This document shows positions 1 to 12,312 of a DNA stretch of 64,000 bases, piece by piece. The notes under the pieces were generated by a model. It made no database searches, was not told where the DNA came from, and saw nothing but the letters and a program-made list of their open reading frames with translations. Source of the DNA: Octopus sinensis (Eukaryota); NCBI RefSeq assembly GCF_006345805.1, contig NC_043001.1, forward strand, positions 94,302,001-94,366,000. Direction: 5' to 3'. A program made the translations under genes and the position numbers. The stretch's first letter is position 1. Each line of letters starts with the position of its first letter.

Positions 1-218
1 AAATATGTATTTCAACGGTTTTTCATTCCCCTTTTCTTCTATTCCCATCTATTTTTGTCGAAGAGCATATGCTCGAAGCGTTAAGCACATGCCTCGTTTT
101 TTCCTGCGTAGTAAACTAATATCCACTGTTTCCTGTTCCTTGACCATTTTATTATTGGTTATTTTTTCACATTTTTCGATCACACATACATAAATACACA
201 TGCACACACTTGTATATG

Positions 219-261
<43 letters not shown>

Positions 262-265
262 TTAC

Positions 266-297
<32 letters not shown>

Positions 298-488
298 GGA
301 GAAATAGAATGATTGATAGAGATAAATACATAGACGTATATATACAAGTGTGTGCGTGTGTATGTAAGTATGTGTATCTCTCTATCAATCTATCTCTTTC
401 TCTCTCTCTCTCTGTAAATATATCATTAATTATATATATTCTGTTAGAATATTATACACTCTCATGGTTACGAAGATGAATTTAACAA

Positions 489-529
<41 letters not shown>

Positions 530-908
530 AACTCGAAATTTTCTTACCATAACCTGTTTGCATAAATCTAAACCAGTAAATTTTAATCTATTTTCAAAAA
601 TACTTTCTCATATAGTTTTTTTTATTTATTTGAAAACAACATTTGATATATTATAAAAACTTCATTTTCTCCATCTCGGACGAGCGGAAGTATTGTCTAT
701 CGATGTGTATCAACAATGGATCCTATTATAATGACAATACTTTAATGCCACAACCGTAAGATGCATTAATTAATACATTTTTAAGCTGTCTTGTTTCATA
801 TATTTATATATATTTTGATTACAATACAAGTTTAGACATATATATTTTCGTGAGAAATTTTTTTGATATTGGATTTCATGCTATTATTTCAAAATATAGT
901 ATATATAT

Positions 909-911
<3 letters not shown>

Positions 912-968
<57 letters not shown>
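912..968. repeat. (AG)n microsatellite; one of dozens of (TA)n, (AC)n, (AG)n, (AGAT)n, (AAT)n and (GAT)n arrays in the window
   Basis: Direct reading. Other large arrays at ~6725-6875, 17060-17370, 38960-39260, 46090-46285, 55070-55400 and 59113-59835. Confidence 0.98.
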
Positions 969-973
<5 letters not shown>

Positions 974-3900
974 CCTGATATAACGAAAGAGATAAACTAT
1001 ATTCTATCATTTCAAGATTACACTAATTTATTGTAGCTTATCTTTTTGGCGGTACTCTGTTCTTGTCGTTCATTAATTCGGCTCATAAGAGGCAACAATG
1101 TCGATGGAAACAAAAAAAAAACAACAACTTATCATGAAGGTAAGTGTGTTGGATTGATTAAAAGAGAAACTGTTCATAAATAATCCGAATTAGTAGAACA
1201 TAATACTGGAAAAGACAATACAAGTTTAATTGGTTGGACATTGCATTTATACTTCTGAGAATTTCTAACTGGTTCGGAACTTAACAAATTGCATAGTTAG
1301 ACGCTAAATTATCGATGGCATAGTAAAAAGAGAAAGGAGTGGAAAGGCAGGTGATAATTTTTTAAACCGATTATGGGAACCTTGCCAAAATGAAAGTCGT
1401 ACATTGAATATGAACTATCAATCAAATATCATCGTAGAAACAGCACAAACGCACCTGTAAAGCTACACTACTCGGGTGTAAGTTGGCAAATACCTATGTT
1501 CATTATAAAAATATTTACTGCTTGGGCACATGTCTGTTTTTTACTCAAATATAGAGTATGCAGTCTTTGTTTTCAAGTGATTTTAAAGTGCACTTCACTG
1601 ACAGATGTAATAAATTGAGAGATCAGACATTACAAACATATAATGCAATTAAATACAATGCAATAAAATGTAATAGCACTAATAGCAATGTAATTTAATT
1701 TGTTTAACCCTGGAAATCATAAGCTAGGACCAAATGACGAATAAAAGACTAAAACAAAATACTGGCAATTCTCAAAAGCTAGAATATAAATTAAGATGCT
1801 AATAAATATAATTTCGTAATACTAGAAAACATAATTACAGAGTGCCCCCACATAAAATTTTAAAACAAAATGAAAAGAAAATTGCTATACGCAAAGTTAA
1901 AAGTACATTTTCAACGTAAATTATATAGTCTTTGCGATTACAATGACGTTGTTGGTTGCACAAAATCCTTGCCAACGTGTTGAAAGACAATAGGTATGAT
2001 TATGTTGGTATGATTAAGTACTTTATAGAATTATTCCAATTCCGGTATGAAGATGTAATTTGTACGTATTCATGCTAAAACTCATGACTCGGTTCATTTT
2101 GCTGATCATGTGAATGAACTGTGGTGTTTCAAGTCACATTGTTCCTAACAAGACGTGTTCGCAGAGACTTGACAGAGATCATGCAAGAGGTAGTTAGGGG
2201 CAAATTGCTTTCTTACTCTTAATGATTGCACTACCAGCCTAGTATCAGATTTTAATTGCTCTAAATCTCTTGAATCTCAGATTTAATAATACTTTCCGTA
2301 ATGTTAGTAACACCATCCATGTTAATATCTTAAGCAGTTATTTTACTTTCAGGATATTTACTATATTTATATTCATCAATCATTATCATTTTCCAATGTT
2401 GCATCTCATCATGTGTCATTTAAGTCTTTTATCCAGTATTTTAATGCGTTTGTTACCGGTGAAATTCAAGATGCACGAGTATGATAGAACTTTTGACGAA
2501 TTCAAATACGCGGACTTTTGTCTAGAAGTGACTTATTGATGAAAGTCATTTTGAGTAAAGAAGGGATAAAAAGAAACTTCCGTAAACACAAGACCAAAGA
2601 CATCATTCAGTTTGCCGATGTAATTCAGCTGGGGCAGAGAATCCAGCTGCAAACTAGATAATTGTTGTCCTCGAAGAAATTCTTAATAGAAGCCATCTTC
2701 TTCATTCTTGCATGTTCCCTTTCATCTCTTTTTGGCATCAATAAGTAGTAAAAACACCTGAACAGGCACATTTTCATCCTCATTCTAATTGTCCCTCAAT
2801 CTAGATACACAAAATAATTGAAACATTATGCCTCCTACCAGCTCCATTATTCTCTTAACAACAAATCTTTACACATCTTTGCCTGATTTGTTACCTAGAA
2901 TGGTCGTAACAATTCAATGAAGAAAATACGATAGTCATAAGTCTATTTGACATCAGCATTCCCTGTAATTCATAAAGTATACATTTAAAATAACGTGCCA
3001 TCTCCAATCAAACCATTAAAAAGTTTACTTTGCACCGAAGTGCATGACTTCGATTGCCGAGGTTTCCCTTTCTTCAAATGTTGCACTTGGAATTTAAGTG
3101 CTGTAATTTTCTCTTTACGTTGTGTATTATGCACATCAGAATGTTTTATTTATTTTAGAGACACGAAATAATTCGTGCTGATGAAATATATATATATTTT
3201 TTAAAGTTTTCATAATTTAGTACGTTAATCATTGTTATTAGCACTTTAAATTATGCATTTGATATTTAGATTTCTACAGCAAAATCTTCGTATCTGTCAC
3301 TGGCATTTTATTCCATTGCATCGTGCTTTATTTTCCTTTATTCTATAGATCGTATCTTCCACAAATCAGCAATACACGAACTGCAAATTTCTGCACTGGT
3401 GGCATTATGTTAGTGCAGAAATTCTTGACGTAAACTTTCTTGAAAACGAACACTTAATCCAAAAAGTTATTGTATACTACGCTACATTAGATATTTAAAA
3501 TGCGCATCGAAGTGGACCGGTGTGAACGAAGAATGCTAGGACTTGCACAATCCAATAACTTAATCAGTTACTGCTGTGACATAGTTAAATTCTTATTTTT
3601 GTTTTTCCGTACTTGATGCTCGAAACTCATTTAGTTATGGTCCAGTTATCATACTAAGCATTTTTATTGCTATTTTCACATCCGTTTCTTCAATTTAACT
3701 CTATTTTCATTATCTTACTACCTCACTCTCTAACATGTTAACGGTGTATATCATTGCACATGTTATCTTGTTACAACTTTGTTTCCGTTATTCTGTATCT
3801 TTCACAATGAAAACTCACAATAATATCTAGGAGCAAGGATGAAAGTTTCATTTCATTAACTCCATATTTGCTCTCTTCACCATCATATGATCTTTCTCTA

Positions 3901-5819
3901 TTCAGCCTATTATTCGTTTCTTTCACTCGCTTTTTTTTTCAGGCCACGTAATTTCTGTTGACGCAAGGTTAAAAGTAAAATGTCGAGCAATACTCTCTAA
4001 TCGTCAGTAGAATATACACAGTACCATATATCGCTCAATCTATCAGATGCATGAGATTCGAAAATTTTATTCATAACAGATTATCTAGAGACGCTTATAG
4101 AAATATTCTTAATTAGTCCCCGTATTATTGAGGGTGGATGGATGGATGCTACATCAATGTATTTAATAAGACCATTTCGCTTTTGAAATGGTACAAATAA
4201 TCCAGTATCAAGACAGAAGGTAGAGTCAAGAAAATTCACTCTACTAATAATGTCTATATCGGATATCGAATATATGTATGTATATGTATGCATATATGTA
4301 TGTTTGTATGTATTTGTGAAAGAAGACAACAAACACCGAGGCATAACAAAGAATCTTGTTCTGCATCTTGTTGCGCCTCGGCATTTGTTGTCCTCTTTCA
4401 CAAATATATATCGGAAACCTATAATGGATTCGGGGCTGCCGTGTCAGTCCCGAGGTTGGAATCTTGATAATCCGTTACAGGACCTACCCAGCGTATCTAT
4501 TCGTTTAGATCACCCGTGAACTAAGGTCCCATATTCTGTATGTATGTAAGTATGTATGTATATGTGTGTGTATGTATGAGAACCGTGTACAGAAATTAAT
4601 AGAATGCGTTAAGACGCCAAACATTTTTGTGTAATTATACATTCTGGAAATTATGACAAGCAACGTCCTTTCCCTCCATTATTATACGAGAAAATATATC
4701 TGCAATTTCAAAAGAAAATTAATGTATCATGCGGTCAATTTAAATTTGACTTCTAAGAAATATAATTGTATGAAGCGTGTAAAAGTGTTTCGAATGATTG
4801 GAGAGGTGTTTAATGAAAGGTTGGCGTAAAACGAAAGGATTATTAGTAACTTTTGGAAAGAAATAATACAAATTAAATATGTAAGTTCACGGTGCACTAA
4901 ATACAATTATTTCAATGTATTGTTTTAGAATTACAGAACGCTTAATTCTTTCTCTTTCTCAATTCTTTTTCTTTCTTATTTCTTTTTCTTCTTCAATTCT
5001 TTCTCTTCCACAATTCTTTTTCTTCCTCAATTCTTTTTTCTTATTTAATGGGTGTTTCTTTATAGAGCAGTATTTAGTCGCTCTTGTGTTTTCTGCGTTA
5101 CTTGAGATCTGTAGATATTTGATAGATTGATGGAACATTGCACCTGCCATGTCGCTTATATCACCGAAAATTTAAGGAAATCAATTCTAAAAGTAATGAT
5201 CAGAATGTATTTTCAAATTATATTGCATCCAAGTTTATGATGGCTGTGAAAAAATGATTCATCAACGCCACTATTGTTCGCATGCACATTTAATACTATG
5301 GTTCCAAAACATGCTGTTTTCTGTTCAAATATATGTGTACAGTGAATGTGATCGAGTCTCATATATGTCATAAAAATACAATAATAGCATTTTAGTACAC
5401 TCGCCCGGCTGACCAAATTGCGAAATAATACTAATTAATTTCCCATATGCAATCCATTGGAGGTGTTAATACTTCAGGTTGTCAAAGAGAGATCAGACGT
5501 TTCAGCGATTTTTTTTTTTTTTCAACTGAATAAAGTGGGTAACGGGAATGGGTGCATACTTATGTCTTGAATGAGATTTTCAAGCTTCCTTTCAAGAAAT
5601 ATTGCCAATCATTAATTTGGAAGTGGATCAAATGTTATCTTCATAACGTTTGTTTTGAAGTCTTCACCACTGAGCAACAACACCAGTGAAGTTGCTTCAA
5701 ATCTGTCAATATTTTCGAAGCAATCATATGCCTATGCCTTGACTGCTACTTCTACATATATATATATATATAAAACAAAACTAAAAATGGAACAAGAACG
5801 TAACAGGTGACAACAAAAC

Positions 5820-6055
5820 GGATCTTTTCGCTTTGACCGGTAGATTTTTTAAATAATTTCTTTGTAACTAGACACTTTTAAACTACGTATACTGGTAGAA
5901 TGTGTTTATAAAACATCTTTTTCTCTTGGCTTTCTTGAAAAAATTCTGTAGTTTTTAAGCTATTTGTTGTTTAATTTCTTGCATTTACGAAGTTTAAAAG
6001 TGTTTAGTTACAAAGAAATTATTTTAAAAATCTGCCGGTCAAAGCGAAAAGATCC
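5820..6055. mobile_element. MITE-like foldback element with 70-bp terminal inverted repeats
   Basis: 5820-5889 (GGATCTTTTCGCTTTGACCGG...) is the reverse complement of 5986-6055 with about 4 mismatches; non-coding spacer. Confidence 0.8.
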
Positions 6056-6747
6056 AACAAAACATTTGGACAGTTAGACGATACAAAAAAGGACAGGGAA
6101 AAACAAGGATGGGTCATTTGGAGCTCTCAATCTTCAGTCGAGTACCAGATCGTCCGTGCAATTTCAGCCAGTTACTCTCGAGACTGCTGCAATTTGGCCG
6201 GCCTCAGGAAAATCTAAGCTAAAAGCACTAGATTCTTTGGAAGAAAGCAAACGAATGTATACGAAAACAAGAACGAAAAAGTCGGAGAAATGGTATACAA
6301 TTACAAATACAAAAAATAGGACATTAACAACAGGTTTCTTTCGACTAATGAAGAACTAAATTAAGCTGGTTTTTGTGGAAGTGAAGCCTTACAGGAGCAA
6401 CACAGGAGATGAACGTCATGGGAAGGAATATAAGAGATACTACACGGATGATAGTCGATCAAAGAAAGAAACATCATGCTAGGCCCAACATCAGTCACGT
6501 GGAAGGAGAGGAGATACGTAGGGGTAGTGGGATTGATGAATTAGGGAGGGACGAAAGAGACGAGACAAACAAGGATAGGGGCAGTGTGAGGTAAAGGAGG
6601 AAGGAAAGTGATGAGAATGAAGGGAAGGTCAAGAAATCTAAGATAGTGTGGGAGCGTGAAAAAGAAAACTGGACTGAAGGGAGAAAGTGTGAAAGGGCTG
6701 AGGGAAAAAGTAAAAGAGTCGTACAAAATTTACACACACACATACAC

Positions 6748-6870
<123 letters not shown>

Positions 6871-7191
6871 GTATATATAAATTTTCCGCACCGCCTTTCC
6901 GGCCTGCTGGCATGATTCTGGAACAAGCCATGGCAAGCTACCCAATGTCAATAAGGTTCCGATGCTCCGGGATATGGGAGTGCCATGATGGCATGCGCAG
7001 ACAAAAGATCCCAACAATTTTCAATATCACAATATATATGTTGTACATGGTGCAAGATGCATAAGATAAATTCTGGATGTATTTACAATATATCAAACAT
7101 CTCCAAATAGGATTTTGAATTTTTTGCCTACTGAGTGTCCATCGGTAGAAACTCACACGCGCGTCTGCCCGCAGACACGTGCAAATACATC

Positions 7192-7253
<62 letters not shown>

Positions 7254-9051
7254 GCTTTCTTTATTGGTATCTTTTCCAAGACATACAAAACGAAACTAGA
7301 AACAATTCATTATCTCTCTACTGAAACTGCAAGCAATTTCCTCTGGGAAACAATATAAAAACAATGGAAACTGCATTATCAATTTACTGCTGGTAGGAAT
7401 GAGTAAAATGGCTTCTATTTCTTGTAATCTTGTTCCTCCAGACTGACAGCAAAACTTGAATAATACGAAGTGAAAATAAGATAAACGAAAATAAACAATC
7501 GCTAGCATTAACGTTGGTATTAATGTGCGTGTGTTGCGATAAAGCCTGGAATGTATTTGGCTTATGTTAAAACGCTGACTGAATAATTTTGTGAATTATT
7601 TCTCGTAGTAAATATTTGAACATGTTCCTTTATTCTGCATCCAGGATTACAACAATGAAACCAGGAAATAAATTTCAAATTCACTTAGAAACATGCGTAG
7701 TTACTATTTAATAATTTATTCCACAACGAGCCTGGTGTTTGGGTATTACGTCAAAGACTCCGCCCCAACTACAAACATCGAGTATACTGTGTTGTTTTGT
7801 TGTATAGTAGCAAGAGAATCGATATGCCACAACATGTAATATCATTCTAGTTTCATTACTCTCTAATGTAAAATAATGGAAATATTATCTTCCTGGGAGT
7901 GGATTTAATTAGCGAAGGAGGTACCCTTATGTATCACATTCTATGTAACATGGATGACTCGTGAAATATTAATTAAAAATTGAAAATGGTGTATCTGAAC
8001 CGAACGTGCTCTCTTCGGCTAAATCACAATATCTGATAAGAATATTTACTTTCCTTCACCAGCATTTTAGACTACGTTAAGTACGGTAGCTAAAATTTTT
8101 CTTGTTCTTCGTACAAAATCAACATTTCTTAATATATCTAAATTTTACTATTGATATCCTTTTAGATCAACTGGTATCTGTAGTTTGACATCATACTGAT
8201 ACTGTTTCATTAACTTTTTCATATCATATAATGCACTTATTTATTTGGACGTTTACGCATATGTTTCCTTGTTGCTGACAAAGTAGTAGAAAGCCCTTTG
8301 TCAGTCGTTTCCTTTCAGCGATTTATTACATTTAAACAAGATTCGTGACGTTTAAAATGCTTTTAATTTTTCTTTTTCAATTCTAGCTTAGAAACAACAC
8401 AGCAGAAATGCAGCCGTTAATGAATGAACTGTCAAGGGCTTTACAATATATCCAGACCCCAGAATCTAATTTCATTCTCGTATGGATGAAGGATTATAGT
8501 AATTTATAATGGCCCCACTTATACTAGGGGCATTATTAAATTGAATACGGAAATATATATCGAATTGCTATATATGTTAAAATGATTTACCTACAATTCC
8601 CTTTTTTTTAATTTGAAATTAGATGCAGGCATACTTATCGATACAAGGAAGAATGATACGCCGTCGGACGTATAATGGAAGTTAACTGAAATATTGTGAC
8701 ATTTACATCCATGACATTTTCAGTTGCAAATTAGCAAATCGGGATAAAGAGTATTTGGGAATTATCGCTATAGAAAATATTAATATTTCTTAACAATCGT
8801 ATTTCATAATCCAGTTTCTCTAATTCAGGTGTTTGCATGAGAAAATTTCATGTATGCTAAAATGATTGTTCACATGCGAGTAAAGTCCCTTTGCATTATC
8901 GATTGATAAGAATCTGGTGTACGTTGTAGTACACATAACACTTAGAAACATGAAGATGACTAATTAATTGGACACTTTCTAGATGCGTTTGCATTCATGG
9001 CATTGTGTATTTTAAAGAAACTAAATCAATATAATTTGTATAAATCTTGCT

Positions 9052-9094
<43 letters not shown>

Positions 9095-9899
9095 CTGCGT
9101 ATTTGTAAGTGCGTAGGTATGCGAATGATGGTTTATGTCTAACATACAACTGTGGCTATATATAAATAATATTAACCTCGAAGAGTATTCCACATTCCTC
9201 ACCAAGTTCTTTACGGCCCCTCCCTGAAGAAAGAAGATCACAAATTCCTCATTTAGTATAACTGTTTTCTCCGTCGGTGGTACAATTCCCACCGATGAGG
9301 TTTCGGGACATGCCGGCAGTGTACTGCTACCCGCCGGCACTGTTCATTCTTTTCTCTTCTTTTTTCTTGTCTTTGATATGGGAGGGGGTCCTTCCTCTGC
9401 TTTAACCAGTGGATCATCCCTCGTCCCACAGTCTTAGGATCCTTCGGTGAGCAACCATTGTTGCCCACCTTCTTCCTTTTTTCCCTTATTTTTCCGGGGA
9501 GGTCTTTACCTTCTCGACTACCCCCATCTCTTCCTGCAGAGGATGATGGAGGCTCTTCCACAACCAACATTCTTACCAATCACATCTAACACAACATCCG
9601 CCCCACATACCATACACACCACCACACCACATCACACCGGCCACACAACTCCACACCCACACACCATCATCTACACGCCCACACATTACACGAACATATC
9701 CACACACGCCAAAGTTACTAGCCCCTATCCTCACACACACACACATCCTCATATACACGTATGCACGCGCAAATTACTCCTGGGATCATGCATACTTTAT
9801 TATCTGCCCTTCTTTGTACCCCTCCTGTCAAACATTTTTTTGTCCCCAACCACTCGCCATGCTTCTTCGCTATTCTTTTCTAAATTCTATCTCTGTATA

Positions 9900-10320
9900 T
9901 GTTCTCGTATTCCTTTCTGTCGAAGAGCAGAGGCTCGAAACCTTTTCATGCACATTTTCATCTCTGAACACATGATCGGCTGTGAACACATTATCAGGGT
10001 AGCGTCCTTCTGGTTCTGACTTTCTATATGCTTGTAGTTGCTGAAAATTTCGGATCTCGCATTAAGAATACAGGTCCAGAAAAATGTGCAATTTTTCAAC
10101 TCCGTATAAGTTGCATTTCTTAGATCCATTTGCGTAAGGCCTGGATTTTTCTACGATTCTTTCACTTGATTGTAAATGGGGTGGAGTTGGTCTGAAAGCA
10201 CGAACTTAGTAGGTTTACTTTTGTCGATTTTTCGGAAAAAAGACTGCTGGTTTGTTTAACGTCTCTTGAAATCACCTTGGCACAAACTATATCCATATTT
10301 GTAAATTTCTCTTAGCGAAC
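9900..10320 (-). pseudogene. Penelope-like element (PLE) remnant: GIY-YIG endonuclease C-terminal region
   Basis: Broken minus-strand frames give YGYSLCQGDFKRR*TNQQSFFR (10259-10300 region), KSRPYANGSKKCNL (10107-10148) and ILNARSEIFSNYKH (10028-10069). These resemble the PLE motifs YIG..F..R..NH..SF, PY..GSK.C.LC..EK and LN.RSE....C.H. Confidence 0.6.
9917..9941 (+). ncRNA. Degenerate minimal hammerhead-like motif (core variant CUGUCGA)
   Basis: CTGTCGA-A-GAGC-agag-GCTC-GAAAC; stem I 3' strand lost. A related copy at 35841-35864 has GAAA decayed to TAAG. Confidence 0.45.
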
Positions 10321-11760
10321 TGGGGGAATTCACCGTCTACCGATTGAACAGTTGACTCGCCGACTTTCGACCAATATGCATTAAATTATTCTGCAACAAG
10401 TACCTCAATTTGTCTTTTACAGTCAAAGGAAATGTAAATATAATTTTCTTTCCAGTTCTTCTCTTTTCTCGGCGTTCTGATTCTCAACTATTTGCTCAAG
10501 GCCCAAATATTGCAAAGAGTCAGTGGACGAGTTATGAAAGCCTGCATAGATACGTGTTTCCGCAGCAAGAAACTATCACTTGCTCTTAACTGTATACTGT
10601 ATATGTCAAATTATATTTATCTCCCACTGGATAGAGCACATTTTTTTGTATATCTTTCCCAAACAATACAGTAAACTACACAGACAGACAGACAGTCACA
10701 AAGACACATATATTTGTGTGTGTATATAAAAGTATATAACTATGAATATATATATATATATATAAAGATGTATATATGTATGTATACATACCATACATAC
10801 ACACACATGTTTAGCATATATACTCATACGTATGAATATATTTATACACACACACACACATATATATGTGTCTGTGTGTGTGTGTGTGAATGTGTGCTCG
10901 TGTGTATATTTATATATACAGAGATAAATAGATAGATAGATAAATATATAGTTAGATAGAGAAAGAGAGAAATTTAGAGTGAGAAATAGATTGTAGATTA
11001 TTTTATTTAACTCACTCAGCGAGCAAAGCACCATAACGGAGTCGCAGAGTCTGCTATCGAACAATCTCATCGTAGTAACGCGGTTGGGGATCCTACATTA
11101 TTTTAAAGTAATAAGTCTATTGCTAACATAGTTTTCATTGACAGCTTGCAAATATACATATATATATAAATATATATATTGTTTTTAAACAATTTCTATT
11201 TTCCTTAATATGCTTCCATATCCTTGTTTTACTTTTGCACAATAATCATATTTACTTAATTAACACTTTATATATATATCGTTATCGAATATAATCATTT
11301 TATTGCTTACAGTCCATCATTCTAGTAACAAACTTTACGGTATTAGAACACTGTAAAAGCAAGTTACACAGAAAATGACACTTACATATCAAGCACCAGT
11401 TTTATTGAATAATATAATACGAATATATGATAAGTAACTGTGATGCTATTTAGTGAGAAAATAAGAGGGAATGAGGAAGAAAAATTGCTAAGTGTGTCTT
11501 TAACATTCGATAAGTTAATTCTCGTAAATGTAAACGGCAAAAAGACAAGGAAAGTAAACATTCCAGTTAGTCTGTAAAAATGTACGCGTAAAATCATACA
11601 CCTTTATTGTATATCAATACGTACGTTGGTATTTCGTTATGTGCATATGAATGGATTCATATATGCATATATACATAGGTACACACACATGCGCACTCAC
11701 ACACACACACACATATATATATATATGTATGTGTGTTTGTCTATATGTATGAATAAATAT

Positions 11761-11895
11761 TCTTTGTAAGCCTAGTACTTATTCTATTGGTCTCTTTTTG
11801 CCGAACCGCTAGGTTACGGGGACGTAAACATACCAGCATCGGTTGTCAAGCGATGCTGGGAGACAAATACAGACACACAGACATAAATACACACG

Positions 11896-11927
<32 letters not shown>

Positions 11928-12118
11928 CATATATATATGCATACATATATACAACGAGCTTCTTTCAGCTTTCGTCTACCAAATCCACTCACAAGGCTTT
12001 GGTCGGTCCGAGACTATAGCAGAAGACACTTGCCTAAGGTGCCACGCAGTGGGACTGAACCCGGAACAATGTGCTTGGTAAGCAATCTGCATACCCTCTC
12101 AGCCACTCCTACGCCTAT
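11761..12118 (-). mobile_element. tRNA-derived SINE, family 1 (3' tail missing)
   Basis: A/B-box head (TGGCTG..GG / GGTTCAGTCCC) and central (TA/CA)n; body matches 16659-17061. Confidence 0.9.
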
Positions 12119-12312
12119 GAACCGATTAATATTTTGAATGCACAGCCTCTAAAAATACGTTCGTATTCTAAAACCAGAGTAAAACTTGGTGAGGCAAGTT
12201 TTACTCAGACAGACAGATGGACTGATGATTTTGATTTTGATTTTTCCAGTTTCAGCTAATGAGCTGTGGCCATGCTGGGGCACCGCCATTTGGTTTGCTA
12301 CACGGGTTTACC

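Noticed and set aside
1098-1145. ATG...MSMETKKKQQLIMK followed by a perfect AAG|gtaagt donor
   Set aside because: Too short, with no recognisable peptide or promoter support; possible first exon but unsupported.
2620-3140. Coding-looking minus-strand stretches (MPKRDEREHARMKK..., KEKITALKFQVQHLKK...)
   Set aside because: Short, interrupted by stops, and no family could be assigned.
6120-6220. Minus-strand CCTGAGG...GGCT-GAAA hammerhead-like arrangement
   Set aside because: The core lacks CUGANGA, and stems I and III could not be formed.
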